DNA of 64,000 bases from Eledone cirrhosa (lineage: Eukaryota): the NCBI GenBank assembly GCA_964016885.1, contig OZ024741.1:58776001-58840000 (forward strand), in the 5' to 3' direction. How positions within the stretch are numbered: position 1 is the first letter of the stretch; each line of letters begins with the position of its first letter. The position numbers were made by a program, and so were the translations under genes. The notes under the pieces were generated by a model. That model saw only the letters and a list, made by a program, of their open reading frames with translations, searched no databases and was not told the origin of the DNA. Of the stretch, positions 1 to 12,717 are shown in pieces.

Positions 1-2162
1 TTTGCTTGACCCAGGATTGCAGCTCGGTGAGTGAGACGAGTCTGGGAAAGGCTCGCCTCACAAATGGGGCCCACACCGGTTGACCGGAGAGGAATACCTG
101 AAGGTGCCGTAGCCTTAATGCGTGTTTACGTATCATTAGCCACGGCATCCCCAGCCCTCCTTTCGAAGGGTGTTGACAGCAGATGGATCTCCTCACCATA
201 GGAGCCCGCTTCTTCCAAAGGAATTGGAAGAGTGCGTGCTCCATTTTGGCGAGCGTTTCCATTGGGCAAGGCACCACGGTCAGGCGGTAGTAGATGACGG
301 ACGCTATATAAGTGTTCGCCACCTCCGCCTGACCTTTCAGGGATAGTTTGCACTCGGCCCACTTCTGGGTCAGTGCAAACACCCTGCTCGTCACCTCACC
401 CCAGTTCTTCTCCACCTGGAGGTCTGGTTCGTCCAGCGCCCGACGACGCCATCGGAGGGCATCGATCTGCCCCTCCACGTGCCGAGTTGCAGACCGATCG
501 ACTTGTCCTGGTTCAGCTTAGCCCCTGTAAACCTTTCGTACTCCTCCAGTAAGATGCCGATCGCCCCGATTTCCGAGGCCGTCGACACCATTACTGTTAC
601 GTCATCGGCGTAGGCTGACACCGCTTTCCGCAATCCCGGTTCCAACGGGATGCCCTGCAACAACTCCAACTTCCGCAGCAGTGGCTTTAGAGTCACTACA
701 TACAGAAGGGAGGAGAGAGGGCACCCCTGTCGGATGGACCGCGCGATTTCGAACGGCTCCGAGAGGTAGCCGTTCACCTTGACCCTAGAGCAGATGCGGC
801 TGCTGTGCATGGCATTTATCCAGCCCCTGAAAACGGGTTCGAAGCCTGCCGCCGCTAGCACCGCATCCAGGTAACCATGGTCGACCCTATCGAATGCCTT
901 AGATTGATCCAAGTTGATCAGGGCCCCACCAAAGCCGGGTTCGTTCCCAACCCTCTCTATGATGTATCGCATGAGGTGGAGGTTATCGTGGATGGAACTG
1001 GACGGGATAGTACATGTCTGCGCATCTCCCACCAGGTTGCCCACGACAAGCGCCAACCTCTTTGCTAGCACCTTGGCCAAAATCTGTAACTCTGTATTTA
1101 GCAGAGTTATGGGCCTGAAATTATTTATATCGTCTCCCTTGTTCTCATCCTTCCTCACTAGCGTGACTACGCCCTTGGTCACAGCACAGGGAATTCTCCC
1201 GTTCTGTTGCCAGTTGCAGTAGACCGCCTCGAGGAGTTCGGGGAACAAGTCCGGCATAGCTAGATATAGTTCGTATGGAAGACCATCGAGACCCGGGGAT
1301 TTGCGTTTGCCGCATTGGCTCAGCACGTCCTCTATCTCAGCGGCTGAAATCGGCTCCTCGCAGGACTTCGCCTCCCTGTCCGAGAGACGCGGCAGGCCGT
1401 CGAGGTATGGACCAAAGTCCACGTCCCCAACCGGCCCCCCGCCCCTTCTGAACAATTCGGCAAAGTGCTTTTGAAAAGCCTCGCACATCTGCTTAGGTTC
1501 AAGGATCACCCGTCCATCCTGGTCTCGCAAAGACCGGATAGTGGATCTGCTCCCTCTTTTGGCTTCTGTCACGCGGGCCCAGCTAACAGCTTTGGTCCCC
1601 TCGTTTCCCAGAGCACATATTTTGCTTCGGACGATGCAGCCTTCGTGTTTCGCGTCGAAGAACTGGCCCAGGGCCGTTCTCGACGCTAGCACTCTGTCCA
1701 CGTCGCGGCTTCTAATTGCCTCTTCTACACTATCTACCAACTCCCTTTCCTTCCTATTTCTATTGGAGGCTAACTCCTTACTAAATTCTATAGAGACTAC
1801 TCTAATCTCTCTTTTGAGAGATCCCCACCACCTGCTGTTGACGATGGCGCCCGTCAACCGCTCCGTAACTAAAATGCTAATCCGGTTCCTGTAAGCCTTA
1901 CTTGCCGGTAAGGACAAGTTGAGCTTCCAGTAACCGGGTCCCTGTCTATGAGTTCTGTCAAGGTTGACCATGCAGGTCACTAATTTGTGGTCTGAATAGC
2001 CAACCATGCGCATTTTTGGACAACTTAAAAAGTCCTTATCCTTAATTCTAACTAAGAACCTATCTAGGTACGACCTAGATGTTCCGCTACGATTTGCCCA
2101 AGTCCAGGTTGGCGCAGTCGGAAAAGATAGTCGATATCTATCGGCCAGGTCAAATCGACCGA
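1..2162 (-). mobile_element. L1/Tx1-type non-LTR retrotransposon fragment (APE C-terminus + RT), 5' truncated, frameshifted near 420, runs off window start
   Basis: ORF 391-2013 has SDHKLV..GPGYWKLN, KSPGLDGLPYE, NFRPITLLN, DQSKAFDRVDH, RQGCPLS, AYADDV; upstream in-frame WTWANR..SYLDRFLV is the APE end; GC-rich relative to flanks. Confidence 0.9.
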
Positions 2163-2174
2163 TTTAGATAATGG

Positions 2175-2332
2175 ATGATTGTGTGCTTAAGGAGTTTGAT
2201 TTGCAGCCATGTAGTTCTGGGATTGGCCCCACTGCATGACACCTTAGGCATTGTGTCTACTATTATAGCTTCATGTTACCCAATGCCTTGTGAGTGAAAT
2301 TTGGTTTACAGAAATTATATGAAAGCTCATCA
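2175..2332 (+). mobile_element. degenerate tRNA-derived SINE (family B) ending in a TA tail
   Basis: Similar to 8320-8480 and 21075-21220 (shared GCCTTGTGAGTGAAATT-like block and CYTTRRGCA core). Confidence 0.6.
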
Positions 2333-2340
2333 TATATATA

Positions 2341-2530
2341 TAACAAAGGAATTGTGGTAAGGAACCAGATGGACCATAACGCACCAGAGTACTCAATACT
2401 TAGGGTAGTAGAGTGGGAAATAGGAAAAAGTATGACCCCGACAGCAGAGCTCAAGCCGTTTCGACGGCTATTTCAGTCCAGAAGTAGCCGTCGAAACGGC
2501 TTGAGCTCTGCCGTCGGGGTCATACTTTTT

Positions 2531-2535
<5 letters not shown>
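2341..2535. mobile_element. Penelope/retrozyme-like remnant: hammerhead 3' half converted into a 116-bp fold-back palindrome
   Basis: Arms 2420-2470 and 2485-2535 are reverse complements with one mismatch; right arm reads stem II-GAAA-CGGC..GCCG-TC-GGGGTCATAC; TA repeats on both sides. Confidence 0.65.
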
Positions 2536-2587
<52 letters not shown>

Positions 2588-2589
<2 letters not shown>

Positions 2590-4213
2590 TCATCATCATC
2601 ATCATCATCAACGTTTAACGTCCGTGTTCCACGCTTGCATGGGTTTGGACGGGGGTAGTCCCACTTGAGGCAAGAGTGATTGTCTTGCTCGCATAGGACT
2701 GTCTGGCAGGTTTTCTACAGTTGGATGCCCTTCCTAACACCAACCACATTTACAGTGTGGGTCTGGGAGGTTTTTACCGTGTTGCCTACACGGCCACATT
2801 ACAGCGTGGACTGTGTGTTTTTTTGTCGTGACACCTACACGATCTCATTTGTTTCGGCCTGGATGGTGTGGCACCAACACAACTTTACATAGAACGGGGT
2901 GGCGTGGATGGGGGTATTTTGTTAGAGATGCCTACTGGCTGTAGTAGGTTTTACTATGTATTTAGGTAAGGCGGGTCTTCTCTGTTACTGAGTACCGCCA
3001 AAGGTCTCGGTCCAGTGACATTGTCTTGGAGAGGTGTAAGTGTGTGAGGTCGGAGTTTATCAGCTCGTCCCAGGTTTTTCTAGGTCTGCCTATTCCGTGG
3101 CTACCGTCTATCTTTATTGCCCTGCACTTTGTTATACAGCTATCGACTTTCATGCGCATCATGTGTCCATACCAACGTAGCCTTCTCTCGAGTAAACAAC
3201 ATCTGATCCCTCTTATTTCTAATTTTTTCCTTAGTTCGTTTATGCTTTGCCGTTCACGTATATTACTGTTACACATCCAGCGGAGCATGCAAGCTTCGTT
3301 CCTCTCTAGTCTGCGTATATCCTCTGCACACAATGCCCAGGTCTCACTGCCATGCAACATTGCTGTTCGTATGTAGGCATCGTACAACCTGCCTTTCATT
3401 TTTAGGGAGAACCCTTTAGCAGCTAATAGTGGTATAAGCTCTCTGAACTTTTTCCAACCAGTTCTGACTCTAGCTACTGTACTTTCAGAGCACCCTCCCC
3501 CACTGCTGATTTTATCACCCAGGTAATGGAAACTGTCCACTATTTCTATAGAACCCTCTGCGCAATTGAAAGAGCTAGTATTTTGTGGGCACTTGCTGCT
3601 ACTTATTGCACCAGAGCACCGGCCACATGTAAAATCTATGTTCTTAGTTAGCTTACCTGTGATCCCACTACATCTTTTATGCACCCATACTTTGCATTTA
3701 GGACATAAAATGGAGTTTCTACCTACGCCTTTCCTACACACCGAGCACGACCATTTCCCAGAAGGGACCGCCGCCTTATTTTCTTTCCTACAAACTAGAA
3801 CTTTAGTCTTAGCCAGGTTAATTTTAAGGCCTTTTGATTCTAGGCCGTGCTTCCATGTTTGGAATTTCTTCTCTAGCTCGGCCATTGATTCCGCTATGAG
3901 TGTCAGGTCGTCTGCGTATAGGAGTTCCCATGGGCAGCCGGTCTTGAACTCCTCTGTTATAGCCTGAAGGGCAATAATAAATAGTAGGGGGCTGAGAACA
4001 GAGCCCTGATGGACGCCAACTTTTACGCTAAACTCTTCACTATATTCGTTGTTAATTCTAACCTTGCTGACTGTTTCTTTATACATGGCTTGTATAGCTC
4101 TCACAAGCCATTTGTCAACGCCTAGTTTTCTAAGAGCCCACCAGATAATGGAGCGGGGGACTCTGTCGAAGGCTTTCTCCAAGTCGACAAAAGCTAAGTA
4201 GAGGGGTTTACCT
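2588..4213 (-). mobile_element. 5'-truncated RTE-clade LINE, near-identical to 42351-44003
   Basis: Uninterrupted ORF 2962-4182 ([23 protein letters not shown]) almost identical to the C-terminal part of ORF 40488-43604; same 3' UTR and (GAT)n tail; TA repeats at both ends. Confidence 0.95.
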
Positions 4214-4261
4214 ATATATGATGGTCTTTAAATATATATATATATATATCATAATAATAAT

Positions 4262-5300
4262 AATGTCTGCTTTCCTTGCTAGCAAGGGTTGGATGGTTCT
4301 ACATAGTACTGAAGAGGGTCTACTGACCTCTCAGACAGGCCAGAGGTCAGCATCTCACTTACATACAGTCTCACATTCTACCAAATGCACAGAAGTTGTT
4401 ATGTCTTTGACACATTGAAGGGTCCTCCCAACCCTTGTTTGAAAAGCTTTCTATGGCTGGATGCCCTTCTTATCACCAACTAATTTACAGCATGTAGATC
4501 ACCAACACTAGAGAGATTGCTGTATTGTGACATGACTGAAGTCTTGACCGTTTTTTCATGGAGACAAAAACATTGAGGTTGTGGGGTGGCACTCACCAGT
4601 GTTGAAAACAGGAGGTGTAGTGATGGATAGAATAGCTAAGGAGTCATAGTGGAGGGGCATGGTTAGGGTGCAGAGAGTAGCTGCTAAGGTGTGATAGTGA
4701 AGGCATCTAAAAATTTTAAGTGGGGGGAAGATAGTAGCTTGTCATTCCACCATCACATCACACTCCATCTTGGTGGGACCTTGCTCCATCCACAGACTTG
4801 GCTCATGGCTTCCAGCTGGTTGTCCTGGAGAAATTCTCAATTTTTCTCTATCTTAAGTGTCCCTAACTCCTCTTCCTTACTGTAATAGGCATCAAGAAGG
4901 ATTTCTCTAAATTTGTTACCTACAGATGACTCTCTCAGCTTTCATGAAAGCTGAGAGAGTCATCTGTAGGTAACAAATTTAGAGAAATCCTTCTCCGGAC
5001 TGGCTTTTGTCTCTTGATCCACCTAGACCTTACTCTAAGGTCACTGACAACTAATATATGTTGGAGGGTACATTCCTCCCCAGGAAAGGATTTGGCATTT
5101 GCAACTGTTTGCCTGTCTTGTTTCATGGTGAGAAAGAAGTCTATTTGGTTTGTGGGTTGATTTGCCAGCCCAGCTTGTGGAGCATATATGGATTGTGTAT
5201 TGCCCAAGTTTAACTATTCTATCACACAATCTGACTACCACAATTACCTGATCTGTCCATCTCTCAACTAGGAGTATACCTACCCCATCCCATTTTTGCT
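4262..5300 (-). mobile_element. degenerate RTE fragments (APE piece plus 3' UTR piece)
   Basis: ORF 4935-5207 NQIDFFLT..NAKSFPGEECTLQHILVVSDL parallels the intact RTE; 3' UTR motif GGCTGGATGCCCTT near 4455. Confidence 0.7.
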
Positions 5301-5324
5301 ACCCACCTAGAAGAATTTGTACCA

Positions 5325-5359
<35 letters not shown>

Positions 5360-5361
<2 letters not shown>

Positions 5362-5434
5362 GGGTGTCCCCCCAAAATGCACACTTTGATTACAATGCTG
5401 TTGAAGTGTGTATATATTTTGGGGCGACACCCAG
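5360..5434. mobile_element. 75-bp Tc1/mariner-type mini-MITE
   Basis: CAGGGTGTCCCCCCAAAAT ... ATTTTGGGGCGACACCCAG imperfect terminal inverted repeats embedded in TA repeats. Confidence 0.55.
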
Positions 5435-5779
5435 TATATATATGTGTGTGTGTGTGAGCATGCACATGTGTATGTATTCTGTAATCTAGTGGTGCAACAA
5501 AAAGAGACTGAAAATGTTAGTACTGAGGTCAATATGATCAATAAAATTCCTTGAAGGTGGTGCCCCAGCATGGTCGTATTCCAATGACTCAAACCAGTAA
5601 ATCAGTAAACCAGTAAAAGAGTAATCCATGAACAAGACAAACAGTAAATTGGCTTGGCTATGATTTTAAGTATTGTATGAAGTAAACATGGAAATCTCTT
5701 ATCAAGTCATGTGGGAGTTATAAAACCAGGTTTCATGGTTTACTTGGAAATAATTTATATTAATGTCTTTCTCTTGTAG

Positions 5780-5815
5780 AATATTGAAAGAACTTTCACA
5801 GGAAGATAAGTTTAC
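5780..5815 (+). CDS. candidate 36-nt host-gene exon (ILKELSQEDKFT)
   Basis: Acceptor tctttctcttgtAG ending 5779, donor GTAAGT at 5816; only one frame open; phase 2/2. Confidence 0.4.
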
Positions 5816-5831
5816 GTAAGTGATTCACTTG

Positions 5832-6150
5832 ACATAAACTGTCCACTGGTGCTGAACATCAGCTCACCACTAGTGATTCACTCTGGACACAAGCTGATCA
5901 CTGATGACTCACTTAAGACATAAACTGACCTCATGTGCAGGACATAAACTGACCACTAGTGACTTGCTCTGGATATAAACTGACCACTAATGACATAAGC
6001 TAACCACTGGTGATTCACTTTGGATATAAGCTAACCACTCATGCTGAGCATAAGATGACCACTACTCACTGACTCTGGACTTAAGCTGACCACTAGTGCT
6101 GGGCATAAACTGACCATTAGTAACTCATTCTGGACATAAACTGTCCTCTG
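5832..6150. repeat. degenerate minisatellite, core GACATAAACTGACCACTAGTGA
   Basis: About ten diverged copies spaced 25-35 bp apart. Confidence 0.75.
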
Positions 6151-6884
6151 TACTATTACAATTTATAGTCATTGGATTTCTTTATATCAAATAATAGAGT
6201 TAAAATACAGGATAAATGATGAGACTACACTTTTACTTGTTTCAGTCATTGGACTACAGCCATGCTAGAGCACCACCTTGATTTATTGACTCAATCATAT
6301 TGACTTGAGTACTTATTGTTTTCAGGTCTGCTACTAATTTTATCGATCTCTTTTTTGTCAAACTGCTAAGTTATGGGACATGAGCACAGCTTAAAACAAT
6401 GAGTTGTACCTATAATTCAAAAAGACAGCTTTGTTACACATGTGTTATGCTGAATCTCCCTGAGAACTTGTTAAGAGTACAGGTGTCTGTGGAATACTCA
6501 GCAATTTTAGTGGGAGGAGAAACTTTATTATATCAACCCTGTACTTTATTGGTCCTTAAATAATATTAGGTTGTTGTTACAGTCAAGAAAAGGGTTTTTA
6601 GGCATTAACGTAATTTTATTTTTATAGCCAGAACATGTTAAAGCGTCATTGTAAAAACTGTATTTTAAAATATTGATAAAATCAGTTAACTATTTCCTTT
6701 AACAAAAAGCAAACATCAAGTTCTAGAAAATCAAACTTTCCAGTTGTTGCATAACCCCAGAAGAATGAAAAGCAAAGTTGACCTTGATGGGATTTAAACT
6801 CAGAACATAAAGGGCTGTACCTAAATAATGCAAACCTTTTTGTGAGATGCTCTAATGATTCTGCTTAAACCTGTACTTTTAACT

Positions 6885-7105
6885 TAATGGTTTCTGATTT
6901 AGGCACAAGGCCAATAATTTAGGGGGAGGGGAAGTCGATTAAATTTATCCCAGTATGTTACTGATACTTTGTTTTATCGACCATGTAAGGATGAAAGGCA
7001 AAACTAACCTTAGTGGGATTCAAACTCAGAGTGTAAAGGGTCATAACTATATGCTGCAAAGCATGTTGTCTGATGCTCTACTGATACTTCCAGCCCACCA
7101 TCCTT
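6885..7105 (-). mobile_element. tRNA-derived SINE (family A)
   Basis: B-box-like segment, CTTTCATCCTT..GGTCGATAAA central domain, GGCCTTGTGCC 3' end on the minus strand. Confidence 0.75.
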
Positions 7106-7162
7106 TTAACTTAATAATAAAAGACATATTTAACTTGTGAAATCTAATATTATCCACCGTAT

Positions 7163-7355
7163 AATAATTGTTTCTACTTTTGGCACAAGGCCAGCAATTA
7201 TCCCAGTGCATTACTGGTGCTTTATTTTATCGACCTCATAAGGATAAAAGGCAAAGCTAACCTCAGCGGGATTTGAACTCAGAATGTAAAGGGCCATAAC
7301 TCTATGATGCAAATCATGGTGTCTGACGCTCTACCGATACTGCCAATTCACCGCC
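7163..7355 (-). mobile_element. tRNA-derived SINE (family A), full length
   Basis: Minus strand GGCGGTGAATTGGCAGTATCGG (A box), GAGTTCAAATCC (B box), central domain resembling the Meta/Sauria SINE domain, (ATT)n tail. Confidence 0.9.
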
Positions 7356-8149
7356 CTCCATATAATAATGGTATTTCATTCCACAATTTGAATTTAAATT
7401 TAAATACTTTAACAGAGGTAGTGAAAGTGAGTGAACTAATGGTTAAAGTGATTGACTCACGATCATAACGTTATGGATTTGACTCTTGGATTGGGTGTTG
7501 AGTTCTTGTGCAAGTTCCTTTCTTTCACATTGTTTTTCATGGTACGTCCTCCACATTAAAACACCACAGAAACCTCACATGAGGCCCTCTAAACCTACAT
7601 AGGTATGAGCTGTAACATATTTTATGGTAGCTTCAGGCAGATTTGTATTAAAAAGGTTAATTTATGTTATCATGCTTGTCATGCTAGCTTCTACTTTATG
7701 TCTGAAAAATTAATAGTTTGAGGCATTTAAACTTAAATTTTTATCACAATGTTTATAATAGAATATCTCAAATGTATTAAAAAATAACAATATTACCAAA
7801 AGAAAAACAAAAATAATTGGATATAAATATATAAGTATTAACTTTTAAGTGAACAATATTATCATGTTGAAACTTATCTGGTATTTTAGTGAAATTATTT
7901 ATTTATTTGAGCACCAATAAAAATTATATAAATTAGGTCAACCAATAAACTGTATATGTAAGTGTATGTATTGTATGTTGTATTGTATATGAGTATGGTC
8001 CCATAACTCCTGATAGAGTCGTAGGGGTGCGATATTGACAGAACCTGACAGAACCCATCCCTCTCCAGGCCTGTACAGCATATTTCTTCCAGAGAAAGAT
8101 AGGAAGTGAGAGAGAGGAAATGAGAAAAGAGGTATAGAGGAAGATTCGA

Positions 8150-8305
8150 CCCCAGTACTACACTGGTACATTTTTTTATCAACCTTGAAAGGATGAAAGG
8201 CAAAGTTGACCATGGTGGGATTTGAACTCAGAGAGCAGAGAGTCAGAACGAGTACCATAAAGCATTCTATCTGACATTCTAATGACTCTGCCAATTCACT
8301 GCCTT
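8150..8305 (-). mobile_element. tRNA-derived SINE (family A), diverged
   Basis: GAAAGGCAAAGTTGACC..GGATTTGAACTCAGA..CTGCCAATTCACTGCC on plus strand. Confidence 0.8.
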
Positions 8306-8319
8306 TATATGTAAGTGTA

Positions 8320-8665
8320 TGTATGGCTAAACGGTTAAGGAATTCACTTCATAATCATTAGGTCCCAAGTTCAATTGCACAGCATGGTGTCTTGAGAAAG
8401 TGTCAGTTACTGTAACCTTGGCTTGATTCAAGCCTTGTGAGTGAAATTGGGTATAAATTATTTGGACGTCCATCAGGTGGAGTGTACCTGTAATTCAAAA
8501 GGTGAGCTTTATCTCACCTTGTGTCAAGATGAATCTCCTTCCGAATTATGTAAAGGGTACTAATGTCTGGATAATGCTCAGGCACTTGTGTGTTAATTTC
8601 ATGATCAGACTGAACCATTGATTAAACAACTGGAACACACATCCTTAAAACTGATGGAGATCCAT
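8320..8665 (+). mobile_element. tRNA-derived SINE (family B) with extended 3' part
   Basis: TGGCTAAACGG A box, AGTTCAATTGC degenerate B box; downstream part similar to 6410-6505 and to 29990-30100 (inverted). Confidence 0.6.
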
Positions 8666-8789
8666 TCTATTTGTTAGCAATAAAAAATAGCAACTCCTTT
8701 GAGTATTTTACACACACACACACCTATTCTATATCACTTAAACACTTATACTATACTATACAATACTATACACACATATAGACACACAC

Positions 8790-8844
<55 letters not shown>

Positions 8845-8960
8845 CATACATATATATATATATAAATACATATATATATATATAAATACATATATGTGTG
8901 TGTATCATCATCATCATTTTACGTCCGCTTTTCCCTGCTTGCAAAATACATATATATGTG

Positions 8961-8993
<33 letters not shown>

Positions 8994-9217
8994 TTATATA
9001 TATGTATGTATATATAAGAGGTTGGTGTTAGGAAGGGCATCCAGCTGTAGAAATCAAGCCAGAACTAGTTCCCGTCCCTCCCTTGCAAGCAGGGAAAAGC
9101 AGACGTAAAATGAAATGATAAAATGAATGAAATGATACACACACACCATAGATAAAATGTTTTACCTTCCCATTATTTGTTAGCAATAAAAATAGCTATT
9201 CTCTTGAGTATTTTCAG

Positions 9218-9281
9218 TTTGGATGACACAAAACAGAGGAAGGAAATTTATAGTCTCAACATTTTATTTAGACTTTATTGA
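9218..9281 (+). CDS. candidate host-gene exon (LDDTKQRKEIYSLNI..stop), phase-compatible with 5780-5815
   Basis: Acceptor tattttcAG ending 9217; continues the frame of the upstream exon; QRKEIYSLN resembles the QRAEIYALN motif of SVBP/CCDC23 (from memory, unverified). Confidence 0.35.
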
Positions 9282-9404
9282 AAAGTGAAAAGGTCAAACA
9301 GAAACCTAACCATTTCTATTTAGAACAGAGGAATTGGTAAATGTGAAGTTTCTGACAAATAACAACTGCAGACAATCTCTAAACTGAAATGAAATTTACA
9401 GCGT

Positions 9405-9790
9405 GCACCTATGTATGTTTAAATGGTTTCCTTAGAAGTCCTATCTCATTGGATGTTTCTTGGGTGTTTTAATGATAAGGGTCTTAGTCTTATGTTACAG
9501 CTCGCACACATGTAGATTTGCTGGCCTCCTAAGAAGTCCTATCTCATTGGAAGATTCTTGGTTGTTTTAATGATAAGAGCCTTAGTCTTATGTTACAGCT
9601 CACTCATATGTAGGTTTAGATGGCTTTCAATGGGATTGTATTTTATAGGAAGTTTCTTGGATGTTTTAATGACAGTGGGGCTCTAGTCTTATCATGGTGT
9701 TACATCTCACACCAATGTAAGTTTAGGTGGCCTCCTATGAGGTTGTATCTCAAATGAGGTTTCTTGTATTTTAATGATATAGGCCCTGTT
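9405..9790. repeat. about 4 diverged copies of a ~97-bp tandem repeat
   Basis: Recurring TTCTTGG.TGTTTTAATGATAAG..CTTAGTCTTATGTTACAGCTC. Confidence 0.8.
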
Positions 9791-10265
9791 CCTAATATGG
9801 AAAGCAATGTGAAATCAATCATCTTGTTCAACAACAAAAGACACTGCCAGCAAACTGCCTCTGGTTCTATGAAACAAAACCAGAATTCCTATTTAACCCT
9901 TTTGATACCAACCCTGTAACATAGCACCAGCTCTACCATTTTACAGAGTGTACTGAATGCTTTGTATCATCACATAACATACCATTTATTATAACCACTA
10001 GAAGCCATTTAATAAATATAGAACTTTGCAAAACAAAACAACACAAACAAAATTAAATTTAAAAAATAAGGTAAACAAAATATGTACAAAATGATCACTA
10101 TCATCTTCACCACAGTCATCATCATCATCATTAGCTTCATCACCATCACCATCCCCACTACCACCATCAACACCATCATCAGCATCATCAATAATCATCA
10201 TTGAAAAATAAAATAAGACAAAAAGTAAACTAGAAGACAAAGGAGAAACTCTAATAATAATAACA

Positions 10266-12717
10266 GGGAAAATATAACAGTTGAACAGTTGCATTTGGCT
10301 CTTAGAAAAACCAGCAAATGGAAATCCCCAGGAAAAGACAAAATACAAAATTTTTGAATAAATGCCTTCACAGAGTCTCATGAGCTGTTAACCCAACTTT
10401 ACAATGAAATAGTTAAGGAGCCAGAAAAGATACCATCATGGCTAGTTAACGGCATTACATTCCTGCTTCTGAAGAATGATGAGACAAACAATCCCAAAAA
10501 TTACAGACCGATAACTTGCTTGACCACAATGTATAAAATTTTAACATCAGTCCTAACTGAATATACATATGACCACCTGATAACAAATGACCTATTTCCC
10601 ATTGAGCAGAAAGGGTGTAAACGAGGCTCATATGGCTGTAAGGATCAGCTTTTGGTTAACAAAATGATACTGGAAGATTGTCATAATAGACACAAAAATC
10701 TATCAATTGCTTGGATAGATTATAAAAAAGCATTTGATAGTTTGCTACACAGTTGGATTAAAAAATGTTTAGAGATTTTCAAAATATCTCCCGTTGTCAG
10801 GAGGTTTTTGTCATTCAGTATGAAGACATGGAAAACGACACTCCTTTTGAATAGTGAAACAAAATCACTGGAAGCTGGAGAAATTAATATTAATTGTGGA
10901 ATTTTTCAGGGTGACTCTTTATCACCGCTTTTATTCTGCATCGCACTTATACCATTAAGTAAAATGCTCAATGAAACAAAACATGGATATAAAGTCTATG
11001 ACAAAACCATTGATCACTTGTTCTACATGGATGACCTGAAACTATTTGCAAAAAATGATGAACAACTGCAAGGCCTATTATCCACTGTGGAGCAGTTCAG
11101 TGATGACATTAAAATGGAGTTTGGACTAGATAAATACGCCAAAGCAACGTTCACCAGAAGAAAGCTGCTGAAAAGTTCAGACATTAATCTTGATCGAGGG
11201 AATGTGATAAGAGAACTTGATCAAGAGGAAACTTACAAATATCTAGGTGTTTGTGAAGGAGACGGAATCAAGCACTCGACAATGAGGGAAAGGATAAGGA
11301 AGGAATGTTACCGCAGAGTAAGAGCAATCTTAAGAACAGAATTGAATGCAAGGAATAGGATCGATGCCATAAACACGCTTGCCACACCGGTAGTAACCTA
11401 CAGTTACAATGTCATCAACTGGTCACGCACAGAGATCCGTAGGCTCGATACAAAAATTCGAAAATTCTTAACCATGCACAGAATGCATCATCCTAAGGCA
11501 GATACAGATAGAATATATCTCCCTTGGAAAGAAGGAGGACATTAGGTTAATCCAGTTTGACATTGCATTGAAAACTGCAACAATTGGATTATCTACATAT
11601 CTAAGGGAATCACATGATTGGATGATCAAACTCGTTTTGAAACACGAAAGCATCAAAAGATCATATTCCATTACAAAAGATGCACAAAGATACAGTAATG
11701 GACTACAAATTTCAGAAGTCCCATTTACTGCTGAAATGGAAAACACAGAAAAAGCAGAGCAGGTAAAAGTAACTGCAAAGAAAGAACTGCTACAGAAACT
11801 GGCTAAGAAATGGCAAGAAAAGCCTCTGTATGGAAAATACCCAGAACGAGCTAACAATCCTGATGTTGACAAAACTTTAACCCATCAGTGGTTGGCATCC
11901 TCTGGACTGAAATCGGAGACTGAAGGACTGATTATATCAGCACAAGATAAGTGTCTGCCAACAAAAAATTACCAAGCCAACATAATAAAAAATGGATGCA
12001 GCCCATTATGCCGTGTATGTAAAAAACAACCAGAGACCATTGACCATATAATTTCAATGTGCAGTCTTATAGCTCCAACCGAATACCTAAACAGGCATGA
12101 CAGAGCTGCACAATACATACATTGGATAATGTGTAAGCATTTTGACCTGCCCCATCAAAAGAATTGGTGGGAGCATCAACCACCTCCCATACTTGAAAAA
12201 GATCACATCTCAATCTTGTGGAACTTAGCATCCAAACAGACCGAAACATAGATGCAAATAGACCTGATATAATACTGAAGGACTTTAAAAAGAGGGTATG
12301 CCTGCTAATTGATATGTCCGTTCCAATAGACAAGAATGTATCTATAAAAACATTTGAAAAATTGAGCAAGTATAAGGACCTGGAGATAGAAATTGGAAAA
12401 ATGTGGAAATTGAGAACTAAAACAATACCAGTGGTTGTAGGCGCTCTAGGAATGATACCTAAGGGGTCTAATGATTACTTATCGCAAATCCCAGGAAACC
12501 CGCATATAGGAGAAATACAAAAGATAGTACTAATGGGAACTGCCCATATACTAAGGAAGATTCTGTCAATATAAGTACATCACAAGTCTAAACACCTAAA
12601 GATGCATGTGTGAGTATGTATGTTCTTTCTTGAACATGGCGGACCTTGTTGTCTCTTGAGGTCACTGGTTGTGACTTGGTGATAACTCTTATGAACATAA
12701 AGCAAGATAAATGCAGC

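Noticed and set aside
877-1894. Plus-strand ORFs over the Tx1 element, and similar antisense ORFs over RTE and Dong copies
   Set aside because: Shadow frames of retrotransposon coding sequence with no motifs of their own
7163-7355. tRNA genes at the A/B-box sites
   Set aside because: No cloverleaf; boxes are heads of multi-copy SINEs with tails and TSDs
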